DNA of 64,000 nucleotides, taken from NCBI GenBank assembly GCA_040285825.1, contig JAUPSS010000004.1, positions 6,415,784 to 6,479,783 on the forward strand, given 5' to 3'. The DNA comes from Eukaryota sp. TZLM1-RC. Its lineage: Eukaryota; Protista; Metamonada: BaSk clade. Under the pieces are notes generated by a model, which was given only the letters and a program-made list of their open reading frames with translations, ran no database searches and had not been told where the DNA came from. The translations under genes were made by a program, and so were the position numbers. Below, piece after piece: positions 47,039-58,504 of this stretch (position 1 is the stretch's first letter; each line of letters opens with the position of its first letter).

Positions 47039-48100
47039 TCAGTATTTTGATTTTCTAATTCTTGACAATAATTGTTGAGGTTTTCTAATTCCAAAACTTG
47101 GGACTTGACTCGCTTTTTTTAAAGAAATAACTTCCATATTGGAATTTTCTAATTGTTTTTGCAAATAAAACTTTGGCATTGAATTATTAATTTTATCCTT
47201 TAATTCGGAATTTTCTTTTGATATCTCGTTATTAAACTCTTTTACCTCAGCCAATTCAGCCTTAATGTCCTCATATTCAGACCTAATTACCGTTAATTGA
47301 GAAAGTTTTTCCTGACATGTATGGAGAGCCTGTTTTAATGATGAATTTTGATCGATATTTTCATCAAGATTATGTCTGAATTCAGCAACCGATTTGTTTA
47401 AATCGTTAATTGAATCTAAAAGTCGGGAAATTTCCTGATTTTTGGACTTAATTTCTGAGCTCATTGCGTCACCTGCCAGCTCAGCACTATGTAGAGTCTC
47501 ACTCAATTGTTTGACTTTTACCGAAAGTCTCGAATTTTCTGCCTTCAAATCGATAATATTCTGTTTCAATGACGTCACCTGTGTTGAAAGTTGACTGACC
47601 TCTGATGACTTTCTGTCTAATTCTGTGCTGATTGACTGTGTGGTTTTGGTAGAAGCTTTGAGGTTAGACATTTCATTAACCAGATCTTGGTTTTTAGTTC
47701 TGGATTGTTCCAATGCTAATTCAAGCTCGTTTACTTCTTGACAAAGTCTTGAAATTTCTTTCTTTTCTTGAGAGTCAGGTAAAGGTGGAGGAGTTGCAGT
47801 ATGCACATTCTTTAGTTTGGCCATCACTAATTCATGCTCAAGTTGAGCAATACGTTCAGCCATTTTAGAACACCGAAGGTCAGCAGATTTTTTGGCAACT
47901 GCAACTGCTTTTCTGATATGGGAGGATATATCAGGATAAGAAGATGTTTGACGGTTTAATGGAGAAAAAGTAGGTGATGTACATCCCGATGAAGAAGACA
48001 ATGTTGCCTCATCAACATAAGATGAAATGGAAGGAGATAATCCAAGATCAGAGATAAGACGAAATGCTGTCTCACGTTCCTCTGAGGAGTAACATGACAT
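47039..48100 (-). CDS. Coiled-coil protein, unknown function
   Basis: 353-aa ATG ORF with a long heptad-rich region. Confidence 0.75.
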   Translation of the reverse strand: MSCYSSEERETAFRLISDLGLSPSISSYVDEATLSSSSGCTSPTFSPLNRQTSSYPDISSHIRKAVAVAKKSADLRCSKMAERIAQLEHELVMAKLKNVHTATPPPLPDSQEKKEISRLCQEVNELELALEQSRTKNQDLVNEMSNLKASTKTTQSISTELDRKSSEVSQLSTQVTSLKQNIIDLKAENSRLSVKVKQLSETLHSAELAGDAMSSEIKSKNQEISRLLDSINDLNKSVAEFRHNLDENIDQNSSLKQALHTCQEKLSQLTVIRSEYEDIKAELAEVKEFNNEISKENSELKDKINNSMPKFYLQKQLENSNMEVISLKKASQVPSFGIRKPQQLLSRIRKSKY

Positions 48101-48186
48101 ATGGTATGCTCGTCTAATACAGTTAAATCGTAACTTTCAATCAAAAAAAATTATAAATAAACATCTATCACCACACTTATCTTACA

Positions 48187-49065
48187 ATGTCACCTGTTGT
48201 AGCACTAATCTGTGGAATGGCAGGGGCTGGCAAGACCACCTTGCTGCAACGTCTCAATGGATATATGCATGAAAAATCTATTCCCTCTTATTTGGTCAAT
48301 CTTGACCCTGCTGTATTGAAAGTACCATTTACCCCAAATATTGATATTAGAGATACAGTTGACTATAAAGCAGTTATGAAAGATTATCACCTTGGCCCCA
48401 ATGGTGCAATTATGACTTCACTTAACCTATTTGCCACTAAATTTGATCAAGTACTGTCAATACTAGAACAACGAACAGCTTCTACCGACCATGTTTTCAT
48501 TGACACACCCGGTCAAATAGAAATGATGACTTGGTCAGCATCTGGTTCTATCATCACTGGAGCTCTTGCTTCCTCTCTACCCACTTGTATTCTATTTGTG
48601 GTGGACACTCCTCGGTCTCTTTCATCACCTGGGTCCTTTGTCTCCAACATGCTCTACGCCTGCTCAATAGCTTACAACACACGTCTTCCTCTCATTCTTG
48701 TTTGGACCAAGTCTGATGCTGGATCTCCTGCAGTTTTGGATGAATGGATGCGTGATATTGATTCTCTTCAAAGTGCCGTTGAACAGGATGAGTCTTATTT
48801 ATCAACATTTACTCGCTCATTGGCTTTAGTTATTGAAGAATTTTATTCCACCTTACAATCTGTTTCCGTTTCTGCTTACACTGGTGAAGGAATTGATAAC
48901 CTTCTGGCTGCCATCAAGAATGCAGGCAAGGAGTGGGAAGATGAGTACAAACCAATGTATGATGAGGTAATGAGTAAAAGAGGTGAGGAAAAGGTTTCAG
49001 AACAAGAAGCCGAAATTGCCAAGTTCAAATTGGAAATGGAAAATTTAGAAAAAGGATTGGATTAA
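48187..49065 (+). CDS. GPN1: GPN-loop GTPase 1 (Npa3/XAB1)
   Basis: GMAGAGKTT, NLDPAV, IDIRDTV.YK..MK.Y.LGPNGAIMTSLNLFATKFDQ, DTPGQIE..WSASG.II. Confidence 0.96.
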   Translation: MSPVVALICGMAGAGKTTLLQRLNGYMHEKSIPSYLVNLDPAVLKVPFTPNIDIRDTVDYKAVMKDYHLGPNGAIMTSLNLFATKFDQVLSILEQRTASTDHVFIDTPGQIEMMTWSASGSIITGALASSLPTCILFVVDTPRSLSSPGSFVSNMLYACSIAYNTRLPLILVWTKSDAGSPAVLDEWMRDIDSLQSAVEQDESYLSTFTRSLALVIEEFYSTLQSVSVSAYTGEGIDNLLAAIKNAGKEWEDEYKPMYDEVMSKRGEEKVSEQEAEIAKFKLEMENLEKGLD

Positions 49066-49164
49066 TTTTTGTTTATTTAATCAACTTTATTTAAAAAGTG
49101 TTATTAAACATTTAAAACTAATCACCAAAAAAATAAAAAAATACAATTAATATATATTAATAAA

Positions 49165-49839
49165 CTAATTAACTCTACTAGATAGTATATCATTTAAATG
49201 TTTGGTATCAGACACAGCTTTTGAAGGTAATTGAAAAGGTAGAGGGACCAAATTACCTTCGGATTGAATATTAGAAAAATCATCTTGATCAGAATCAGAA
49301 AAACCGTCAAATGGATCCTCTTCTTCTTGTTGAGCAACCCACTTCATATTGTGTACATCATAGGCAATACCACTATCAGCTGGATGGAACTGTCCATTTT
49401 CGAGAGTTATTGAAGGGGAATGTTGAATGGCAGATCCAATTACGGGGGATGATGGGAATTCCACATCATCAAACTCTTCCTCATCCTCTGGTTTGGGCTG
49501 TGGTGGTTGGTAGGCACGTTTTAATGCTCTGCCAGGGGTTTGTTGACGGTTGACTGGGCTTGAGCTGGGCTTCACTGTTGGGGCAAACTTTACACGTGGT
49601 TGCCGTGTGGGGGGTGGTCTGAGCGTGGCAGGAGTTGAAGAATTGATAGAAGAATACACAAGAGATGAGTCACAAAGGTCTGCTGATGATGAATGTTCAA
49701 CAGCAATAGTTTCAGCTAGTGCGTCAAGTTCTGTTGTAATTTCTGACAGGAAGTTGTGTGTTTGCTTAAGGCTGTGTAGAGCACTCTCCAAAGCATCTAT
49801 GTTGTCCTTAGTTCCAAAAAGAAACTTGAAGAATCCCAT
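49165..49839 (-). CDS. Hypothetical protein with a possible Byr4/Bfa1-like motif
   Basis: 224-aa ORF. The C-terminal GIAYDVHNMKWV....EEDPFDGF resembles, from memory, the Byr4/Bfa1 repeat motif. Confidence 0.6.
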   Translation of the reverse strand: MGFFKFLFGTKDNIDALESALHSLKQTHNFLSEITTELDALAETIAVEHSSSADLCDSSLVYSSINSSTPATLRPPPTRQPRVKFAPTVKPSSSPVNRQQTPGRALKRAYQPPQPKPEDEEEFDDVEFPSSPVIGSAIQHSPSITLENGQFHPADSGIAYDVHNMKWVAQQEEEDPFDGFSDSDQDDFSNIQSEGNLVPLPFQLPSKAVSDTKHLNDILSSRVN

Positions 49840-50177
49840 TGGTGTTGAGAGGAAAAATATAAGAACTGAATAGCCTTTAACTCAAGACACATCTACACAC
49901 ACTACACATCACTTTCCCTTTTTATTTCATCTGCTCTGGAGACTCCTCTTCCATAATATGTGAAATTGGCAGTTTTTGAACAAATAGAAGAGTATACAAT
50001 TTTCTACTTAAACAGTATCAGCTCCTGTTTTCAGTGGGTTCTTCTAAACTCATCTGTTGGGGATCTTGCTATGTTTTTGAGGAAAACTTTTGAAATTTGA
50101 TGAATATAATGGAAAATTGATTTTATATTAATTACTTGGGTTTTCTTTCCCGGCAACTTCTGGTTAAGTTCAGTGAA

Positions 50178-51948
50178 ATGGCGCAGCGAACTGGTAGAAC
50201 CCTGCCATTTGTCTATGACAACCAGTCTTCATCTTCGAGCCAGTCTTTCTCAAATCCGTTCTCACCTACTTCTCCAATTCCTAGCTCTCAAGAATACTCC
50301 GAACAAGATGTTGCTGTTACACTTACTCCCCAACAACAACGTGTTATGGACCTTGCCCAGTCTGGTAAGAGCTTTCTCGTATCTGGGGGTGCTGGAACTG
50401 GTAAGTCCTTTGTTCTACGTCATCTGGTGCACTACCTTCGCCAGAACCTTCAAGATCAAGTAGTGGTTACTGCATCTACTGGAATCGGTATCATTTTTCA
50501 TTCTCCCTTTAATCCCAGCTGCCGTCCAAATCTCTGGATTAACCATTCACTCCTTTGCCGGAATAGGACTGGGTCAGGAAGATGCTACTGCCATGGCTAA
50601 AAAGATGCACAGAGCAGCCAAAACAAGGTGGAGAGAATGTAGTGTGTTGGTTATTGACGAAATATCCATGCTTGATAGTGAATTATTTGATAAATTAGAG
50701 AAGGTTGCTTCCATTGTTAGACGAAACAATAGACCTTTTGGAGGTCTTCAGCTCATTTTATTTGGTGATTTTCTTCAATTACCACCCGTCAAGTCCCAAA
50801 GACCTTCCACCCCTTTTGCTTTTCAGGCTGAGTCATGGCCCAAGATAATTGATGAAGTAGTTGAATTAACTGAGTCCATAAGGCAACGTGACCCTGTATT
50901 TATTTCATTACTTAGATTAATTAGAATTGGAAATACGTCACCGCCAGTAATTAAAATGCTTCAACAAGTACAAGATCGTACTAGAAAAGAATTACAGGAT
51001 TGTCATTTTTTGAGTCCCAAAAGCAAGAAAACTGCAGAAATTGAACATACTATTTTGTATTGCAAAAACAGAGATGTAGATTCTGAAAATTTTAAAAGAT
51101 TACAAGATCTTGGAAAGGCCCAAGAAATGACTTTTGAAGCCATTGATACTGGAAGAGAAGTATCAAGGTTCACTAATCAATTAAATTCCTTTATTCCGCA
51201 ACGCATAACACTCAAAGTTGGTGCACAAGTAATGTTGACTAAGAATGTTAGTGTTTCTGGGTCTCTCTGTAATGGAGCAAGAGGGGTTGTCGTTGGTTTT
51301 GAAGGAAGATTACCATTAGTAAAGTTTTCCACACAAACAGTCAAGATTGAAAGACAAAAGTTTTCCATTGAAGACAAGCAAATCACATTGGCTTCAAGAA
51401 GTCAAATCCCTCTTAGACTCGCTTGGTCGATTACCATTCATAAGTCTCAGGGAATGACTATAGAGAAAATGTCTACTGCATTATCTGATGTATTTGAAAG
51501 TGCACAATTCTATGTTGCTTTAAGTAGGTGTCCTTCAATCAATAATTTAAGGTTATTGTCGTTTAGCGAACGGTGTATAAGGTGTCATTCAATAGCCCTT
51601 AGTTGGATTGAACTTGTTTGTCCTGGCATATTTCAAGCTATTTCTAAAGATTTGAGTGTATTGGTACAACATTTACATGTTCCGCAAAGCTTAACACCTC
51701 CAGCAAAGAAAACTAACATTGAAGCCCAATCAAAACCAACTGTATCTGTTTCTGGGCAAGATTTATTAAGTAGAGTAACCAAATCTGGTAGTAAATCCTT
51801 GGAAATAGACATCTCCAAGCTTCGGTGTCCAGTTCACCAGGATTTGGTCAGAAAGGTGAAAATTATTGAAGGTAATGGCCAAGACAATGTTGTTTTTATG
51901 TGCAATTCATATCCTATTTGTGTGTTTGAAATACTATTTGAAAAATAA
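50178..51948 (+). CDS. PIF1: PIF1 family 5'-3' DNA helicase, two exons (intron 50488-50518)
   Basis: GGAGTGKS, spliced TASTGI|AAVQISGLTIHSFAGIG, IDEISM, PFGGLQLILFGDFLQLPPV, RQRD, QIPLRLAWSITIHKSQG, YVALSR. Confidence 0.95.
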
Positions 51949-51997
51949 CTTGTTATTTTAATAATTAATTAATAATTCACTAAAAAACTGACTAATA

Positions 51998-53518
51998 CTA
52001 CAAATCTACATCTATTTCAGTTTGTTTTACTTTGAGTAAACTAAAATATTTTACAGTTAATATTATTCCGATTAAGAAATGCAAAGACTCTAACAAAAAT
52101 ACAACTCCAGCTCCATATTTTTCAAAAACAAATGAAGACCATAAAGGAGTGATTAATAATGACATTGATTGAACAGACATTAGCATTCCTTGGGCTGTTC
52201 CCTGTTTCGATGGTGGTAGTAATTGAGAATAAACTGATATCAACAGAGTTTGAGTTCCGGGGTAAAATAAAGAAACAGTAGTTAGGGTAAAAAAGAAAAT
52301 TGATTTGGGTACATAATGACTATTAATTGAGTAAACAAAAGAAAAACAAAGGAAACCAATCAAAACAACAATCAAACCCACAATCATAACGATACGGTCA
52401 TAAAAAGAGGCATCATTTTCCATAACATTATTTTTTAATGAATCAAATACCTTTTCAGAAACGGAATCAATACGCTCAAATTTCTGTGGAATTCTTTTGA
52501 AATCTCTAGATAATGACGTCATCACAGATGGCATTCTTGAAGAATCTTCAGGAACTTCTGTGTTATCTTTAAACAATTCTGGCTTCAACTTTGCTATAGT
52601 TTCGTCACTGGGAAGCCTTCTATACATTTTAGTGAATTTTTGAAGTAAAACATATCCCAAAATACAAGCAACTGCTCCAAAGGCAAACATCAACCCCGTT
52701 TGGGCCACATTCCACCCATAGGCAGACATTACAAAAGGAGAGGCAACTGCTTGAATGACAGCATTGACGGTAGAAAGAATATAGTTTAAAACAAGACAAA
52801 TGACCAAAGCTCTTGACAATCCTGAAAACTTTTGAAAAGACTCAGCAGCTTCTTTGGTCCGGGGTCTGGTTTCAATAAAGTAACATCGTAGAAGAAACAC
52901 TGATACCAAGAAGAGAAGTGCACAAAGCCAACCCGGAGAAGTATATTCATTGATGTGAAGTTTCCCTACTATTCTAATGTCTATAAAAGAAAAGACTAGC
53001 CCTACTACTGGACCTAGAACAATACCAAGGATCTGCAGGGCATTGACGTAAGCATTAGCTAAGGTTCTTTCAGCGGAGGTGGTTACGGTGCTGAGATATG
53101 CTCTAACAATAGCCAAAGAGCCAGAGCCGACCCCTAGCAAAAGTCTACTGAATAGAACAACCCATACATTCCAAGAAATAGCATATGTGATGGAACAAAA
53201 TGTACAAATGAACATTGCTCCTGAAAGAGATTCTTTAAGAGAGCGACGATTATACCAAATGCCCAGAAGAGGTCCACCGATAAAAGTACCGGCAGAAAAA
53301 GAAGAGACAATGATACCATACTGGAATTTACTACCTCCAAGCTGTCTAACATATTGGTAGATACTAGGCATTGTGACACCGAAAGCAATACCGTCTAGTA
53401 GGACTACAAAGAGAACAATGTACATGTCCTTTTTTGAATGAGATTGAGAAGAAGAAAAAGTGGAACTGTCAGAGTCGGAATCAACCAATGGACGTCTATG
53501 AATGATGTCAGCACCCAT
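51998..53518 (-). CDS. Major facilitator superfamily transporter (MFSD8-like)
   Basis: About 12 hydrophobic segments, SRLLLGVGSG, RAYLS..T..ERT, and N.YTSPGW. Confidence 0.88.
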   Translation of the reverse strand: MGADIIHRRPLVDSDSDSSTFSSSQSHSKKDMYIVLFVVLLDGIAFGVTMPSIYQYVRQLGGSKFQYGIIVSSFSAGTFIGGPLLGIWYNRRSLKESLSGAMFICTFCSITYAISWNVWVVLFSRLLLGVGSGSLAIVRAYLSTVTTSAERTLANAYVNALQILGIVLGPVVGLVFSFIDIRIVGKLHINEYTSPGWLCALLFLVSVFLLRCYFIETRPRTKEAAESFQKFSGLSRALVICLVLNYILSTVNAVIQAVASPFVMSAYGWNVAQTGLMFAFGAVACILGYVLLQKFTKMYRRLPSDETIAKLKPELFKDNTEVPEDSSRMPSVMTSLSRDFKRIPQKFERIDSVSEKVFDSLKNNVMENDASFYDRIVMIVGLIVVLIGFLCFSFVYSINSHYVPKSIFFFTLTTVSLFYPGTQTLLISVYSQLLPPSKQGTAQGMLMSVQSMSLLITPLWSSFVFEKYGAGVVFLLESLHFLIGIILTVKYFSLLKVKQTEIDVDL

Positions 53519-53606
53519 AACGACGAGCTAAAGGAAGAAGTAGTCAAGAAGGTCAAACAATAAAATGTGCGTAATCTTTGATTGATTGCAGTCACTTTAA
53601 GCATTA

Positions 53607-55064
53607 ATGCAACAACTTACTATTTGCTGGATATCTCTGTGTCGAACTGCACGCACTTGCAACAACCCCACTCTCTTCTTTGAATGTGCCCAGAAGGCGT
53701 TTCTCACCAATCCCTGCCATCATGACAGTGTAAAATTCTACTGTATCGCTCTCAAAGAGGCAAATATGTTCAGTGAAGCTGCAAGTATGGTGGAAGCAAT
53801 AAAGCACCAGGTGGATCAATCCCATATGACTTCTAAAGCATGGGGATATATAGGTGCACTGTTCATTCGAAATAATCAACATTTACAAGCTTATGAATGT
53901 TTCAGAAACGCACTGTCCATCGACTCAGGTAATGTGGATATCTGGCTTTGTGTGGGCTTTCTCCTACGACTTTTTGGTCATGTCGACCTAAGTGAGCAAG
54001 CCTTTGTACGATGTTTGTCATTACCACATGCAGCCAAACATGAAGCACTCTATGAACTCGGTCTAATTTATAGACACAAAGGTGAATTCACCAAGGCTTT
54101 GTCTTGCTTATCTGAAGCTGCCATAATTTGCGAGGACAAATCCCGTCTTGCGGAGATTCATTTCAACAAGGGTTTTGTCTTTGAACTTGCCCATCAGTTT
54201 CCAGATGCTCTGCATTGTTTCTATTCTGCCTTGGAACTCAATCCCCAGCATGCTGCTTGTCTTCAACATATCGGCTGGATATTACACTCTCAGCCATATC
54301 CTGATTCATTCAATGCTGTTCATATGCTAGTCAGGGCAGTCGCTGCTGATTATAGAGATGAACAATCGTGGTACCTTTTAGGTCGTGTGTTAATGTCACA
54401 TCACAATTTTCTTTTTGCTTTCCAGTGTTACCACCAAGCTATCTGCAGGGACCCTTCAAATTCATCAATATGGTGTTCCCTTGGAGTATTATACTATTAT
54501 GTAGAACAATACCAAGATGCGCTTGCTATGTACGCTAGAGCTATTAGTATTGCCCCCACACTTGCAGAGGTGTGGTATGACCTAGGAGCACTGTTTGAGA
54601 TTGTAGGTCAGCTTGATGATGCACTAGGGGCCTACAAGGCTGCCATGAATTTACATCCACGAAATCCCCAGCTCTCGCAAAGAGTTGCTGATTTGACGCA
54701 TAAAATCTCCCACTTGAAAGGAATGGGGAAACCTACTGATGGTGAACAGTTGCTTCCATCTATTAGCACAATCAAAGCCCCTTCTACTCCATCTAAAATA
54801 GCTAATCTCCCCTCAGAAACAAGTGGTTTTGTTCGTGTAGGAAAGAGCAGTGATGCTTCGAAGATGAGTATTGGTTCTTCCAATCGTCTTCTTGCACTCT
54901 CTGATGCCGCTTCTCTTTTGGCATCAGCTACCCCTTCTGAAGAAGTGAAGTCTGAAAAACAAGAGTCTGCAGAAGAGCCTGTTCGGAATGTTTTTGCTCT
55001 TGGTCCAAGACGAAAATCTCTTGATTCTGGGAACAGAAAAAGAGTTAATGATTCAAGTGATTGA
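53607..55064 (+). CDS. TPR protein, Cyc8/Ssn6 corepressor-like
   Basis: TPR array including QSWYLLGRV.M..AFQCY.QAI.RD..N..IWCSLGVLYY...QYQDAL..Y.RAI...EVWYDLGAL.E, characteristic of Cyc8/Ssn6. Confidence 0.85.
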   Translation: MQQLTICWISLCRTARTCNNPTLFFECAQKAFLTNPCHHDSVKFYCIALKEANMFSEAASMVEAIKHQVDQSHMTSKAWGYIGALFIRNNQHLQAYECFRNALSIDSGNVDIWLCVGFLLRLFGHVDLSEQAFVRCLSLPHAAKHEALYELGLIYRHKGEFTKALSCLSEAAIICEDKSRLAEIHFNKGFVFELAHQFPDALHCFYSALELNPQHAACLQHIGWILHSQPYPDSFNAVHMLVRAVAADYRDEQSWYLLGRVLMSHHNFLFAFQCYHQAICRDPSNSSIWCSLGVLYYYVEQYQDALAMYARAISIAPTLAEVWYDLGALFEIVGQLDDALGAYKAAMNLHPRNPQLSQRVADLTHKISHLKGMGKPTDGEQLLPSISTIKAPSTPSKIANLPSETSGFVRVGKSSDASKMSIGSSNRLLALSDAASLLASATPSEEVKSEKQESAEEPVRNVFALGPRRKSLDSGNRKRVNDSSD

Positions 55065-55477
55065 CATTATTTCCTTAGTATTTTTATTTTTCTTGTATTT
55101 TTGTATTTTTATTTATTTTTTGTGTGGGTGACCTTCTTACTATTTACTTACCTTTTTTTGAAATTATCTTTAAGATAACGCCAATAATAAATTTGTTTTC
55201 TGCAATGTTAGTCAATTTGTGAAGTCGATCTCAATTTAGTTTTTGGTTCTAATTAATATACACTCAATGGTTTTAGTTCTGATGGTAAAAGTCTTTCTGT
55301 GATTGGTGACCTTTAGGGAGCTTTTGTTGGCTTTCTCATTTATTCCGCATTAAAACAAATACATAATTTGTTTAAGTTTATTTTTGAGTTTATGTATTTC
55401 TGTTGTTGAAATCATATTCTTTCAAAACTTGAATATCAAATTTAATGATAGTCAAAATTGAGTTCAAAGTTTAAGTT

Positions 55478-55832
55478 ATTTTCTACGAAGAATCAAATAG
55501 AAAACAAAACAAACCAAAACACATAAGAAACTAAATTCTCCACGCCAACTCTTGATGAATCCTTATAAAGTTCAGACATCATTAAACTCAAGTACTTGGG
55601 AACACTTCTGTACAAAGCGAAAATGATACGATTCTTCCATAAATTCTCTGCAAAATTCTTACCACTTGAACGACATAAATTACCAAAATCATTGATGAAA
55701 TTCAAGGCGGATTGTCCAATGTTGCCAAAAATCGAAAAGGCAAAAGGAACAAACGAACACTTCGAATAAAGGTTCTTATTTAAATCATTTAATATCTCAG
55801 TATATTTATATCTCTTACGATCTTCAGCCTTG
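55478..55832 (-). mobile_element. RLE family B 3' fragment
   Basis: Near-identical to about 15745-16095. Confidence 0.9.
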
Positions 55833-56261
55833 AGTTCAAAGTTGTTTAATATATTATGAAAGTAAAAATTTCAGAAGCACAATAGAAAAATTTGAAACAG
55901 CCCTTTCCTAATTGCTGGACCTGTAACGTTCTAATCAACAAATTGGTTCAAAAGACAAGTTTGCAATGATAATAACATTGATAACAATACAACTTCTCCT
56001 CATTTAATAACAAAGGTCCAACAGTAGAAGTTGCAATTGCTTTTGAATTGTGAGAAAACAATGGCTCAAGAACAATAACGAAAAAAAATACAATCAGGAA
56101 TGGTGAGAGTAATAATAAAGAAAGGTTTACTTTATTTCAAAAAACGGCTTTGACAAAAACTGTCCAAAACTAGCCAAAATCTATAATTATAAAGATTACT
56201 TCAATGATGATATAAATCGAGTTTATAACAAAAAAGACAAGAATTGTCACTAAAAAAAGGA

Positions 56262-57401
56262 TCAAACCCTTGTTCTTTTTGCTGAAGGCATTGGTGCAAA
56301 GTACTGAGATTGTCCGGATTTGCGCAACTTTCTAACTTCAAACTCATGACTCTCCTCAATAGAAGCCATGGAGATAGATGGAGAAGGTTGAACAGTAAAG
56401 TAATGATGGTCAAGGGCATCTGAGGCTGTTATTCTTTTCCTAGGATTCAATTGCAGCATTTTCTGAAGCAGATCCAAAGCACCCTCCATTGAAGGATCAT
56501 TTCCTACCTTGGCAAAGTGTTGAAGGAAGCGACTTTCCTTTCGAACAGCACCACCAAAGCTTCTGTAACTAGGAAGCTCTGAAGCTTCGGGCCAATCATT
56601 AAAGTCTGGTGAGCCACAAATATCCCATATCCTATTGACAGCCTCCGAGTCTGTTGCACTACGGAAGGGGGCCTCGCCTGTAAGAAGTTCAGCAAAGATG
56701 CATCCGACTGACCAAATATCAATGGGCCAGGAGTAACCCTTATCACCAAGGAAAACTTCAGGAGCTCTGTACCAACGAGTGACTACCTTGGGGGTCATTG
56801 GACGCTTAGACTGGGTGATTGTCTTGGAGATGCGACGGGCCAGACCGAAATCACAGAGTTTAACATCACCGTTAGCATTTATCAACACATTTGACATCTT
56901 GATGTCACGGTGAAGAACTCTTCGATCATGGCAGTGGGCAAGAGCTTGAAGTAACTGATACATAATGTTTTTGATGGCAGGTGGGGTGAACATTACTTTT
57001 GCAGAAGGAGAGTTGTGCAGACCAGCGAGATCATGGTCACAGTATTCAAAAATAATGACAACAGCTCCCTCACCAGAAAAATAGCGTTCTGGGTGACTGA
57101 CAGCAACCTCAATGAGATTAACTATCCTAGTGTGTCGTAATAAGTGTAAAAGAGCAATTTCTCTAATAGCGGTGAGAGGAAAGCCATCGTTTCTTCGCTC
57201 AGTGGGATCTGAAGTTTTGGAAAAATCCGTACGAATGCGTTTAGAAGCTATAGGTCGCTTGTCTGCACAAGAAAAGCCCTTGTATACTTTGCCATAAGTT
57301 CCTTCACCAATCTGTTTGTCATGTTGATAACGTTCAACTGGTTGGCACCCCCATCTGGAAACAGTTTCAGCTAGGCTCTGAGAGCGAACATAGCGTTGCA
57401 T
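56262..57401 (-). CDS. Cyclin-dependent kinase, CDK9/CDK12 (CTD kinase)-like
   Basis: IGEGTYG, GFPLTAIREI, FEYCDHDLAGL, HRDIK.SN, DFGLAR, VVTRWYRAPE and C-terminal ESHEF. Likely ATG at 57401. Confidence 0.92.
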   Translation of the reverse strand: MQRYVRSQSLAETVSRWGCQPVERYQHDKQIGEGTYGKVYKGFSCADKRPIASKRIRTDFSKTSDPTERRNDGFPLTAIREIALLHLLRHTRIVNLIEVAVSHPERYFSGEGAVVIIFEYCDHDLAGLHNSPSAKVMFTPPAIKNIMYQLLQALAHCHDRRVLHRDIKMSNVLINANGDVKLCDFGLARRISKTITQSKRPMTPKVVTRWYRAPEVFLGDKGYSWPIDIWSVGCIFAELLTGEAPFRSATDSEAVNRIWDICGSPDFNDWPEASELPSYRSFGGAVRKESRFLQHFAKVGNDPSMEGALDLLQKMLQLNPRKRITASDALDHHYFTVQPSPSISMASIEESHEFEVRKLRKSGQSQYFAPMPSAKRTRV

Positions 57402-58239
57402 AAAGTAAGATGAGGAGACTAATTCAAAAATTGAAATGTCCTCACAAAACAAATATTGTTTTTGCTGACGACATTTATTTATTTTGTAGCTCAATCTACA
57501 AAATAGTCTAAGAGATCAGTCTTTTACTCTATTGCTCTCCACCATATAATTTTGGTCTTAAATGGATTAATTCTTTAGTTGCAGCTATAGACCATTGTTT
57601 TGGGTCTTTGCTATCCAGCAATTGACCAAAATTTACATTATCTAACCCCTTAAAAATTAATGATATTCAATTACCAATATTAAACAATGCAATTCGTTTT
57701 ACGCAAACAATACCCAATAGATACTGGTAAGGCCCTTTCTATTTCCATATTTGCTGTGTCAAGAGATTTAAGATATGATAAAACATTTTCAGAACCAAGC
57801 ATTATTGCCCACCGTGACTTTAGTTTTTCTATTAATATTTTTTTATTAAACATTTTATAAATCAACATTTAAATAATGCATCTCTCCCAAAACAAACCAA
57901 CTAAATGCAATTTTCTCATAGTGAGGTCAAAGTAATTGAATTATGTTTTCCACAATTTTACGTTGGTATCTGCTAGTACAATAATTGCCAATTACCTTTT
58001 ATTTCAATATTTTCTATTTTCAACGCTGGCAAAACATTGAAAAACTACAACTCAATAGCCTCAATACACGCATCAACATCATCAAATTTCTTAAGTGCGC
58101 GATTTTTTTACTCTTTTCGTTATTGTAACAATGCTTTGCTCACCATTTCAGGAATTGTTAGCTGTGGCTAAACGTGACTTTCTCTATTAGGAAAGTGGAT
58201 CACGTTATCATAGATTTAAAATGTATTTAGTTGTATTTA

Positions 58240-58500
58240 TTTTTTGATTTCTAATATTCCTGTTCATAAACATCTGTTTTTATTAGTTTATGATGAACCG
58301 TGCACAAATAGCATCAGAATTGCTTTGAGGATACTGAACACACTACTATTGTGGCAAAAATTGAAGTTCAATCCTTTTCCTGCTCTTTCTTTTATTAAAC
58401 TTGTGAAACCTTTGAGAAATTTAATGTCAGATATTCAAATTTTGCCAAAAAGAGAAACATCAAATGGAACCAGCACTCAGGTCCATTATCGCTATGAATT
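58240..58500 (-). mobile_element. Degraded RLE 3' fragment
   Basis: The reverse strand reads VPFDVSLFGKI..KFL..VFSILKAI. Confidence 0.6.
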
Positions 58501-58504
58501 AACA

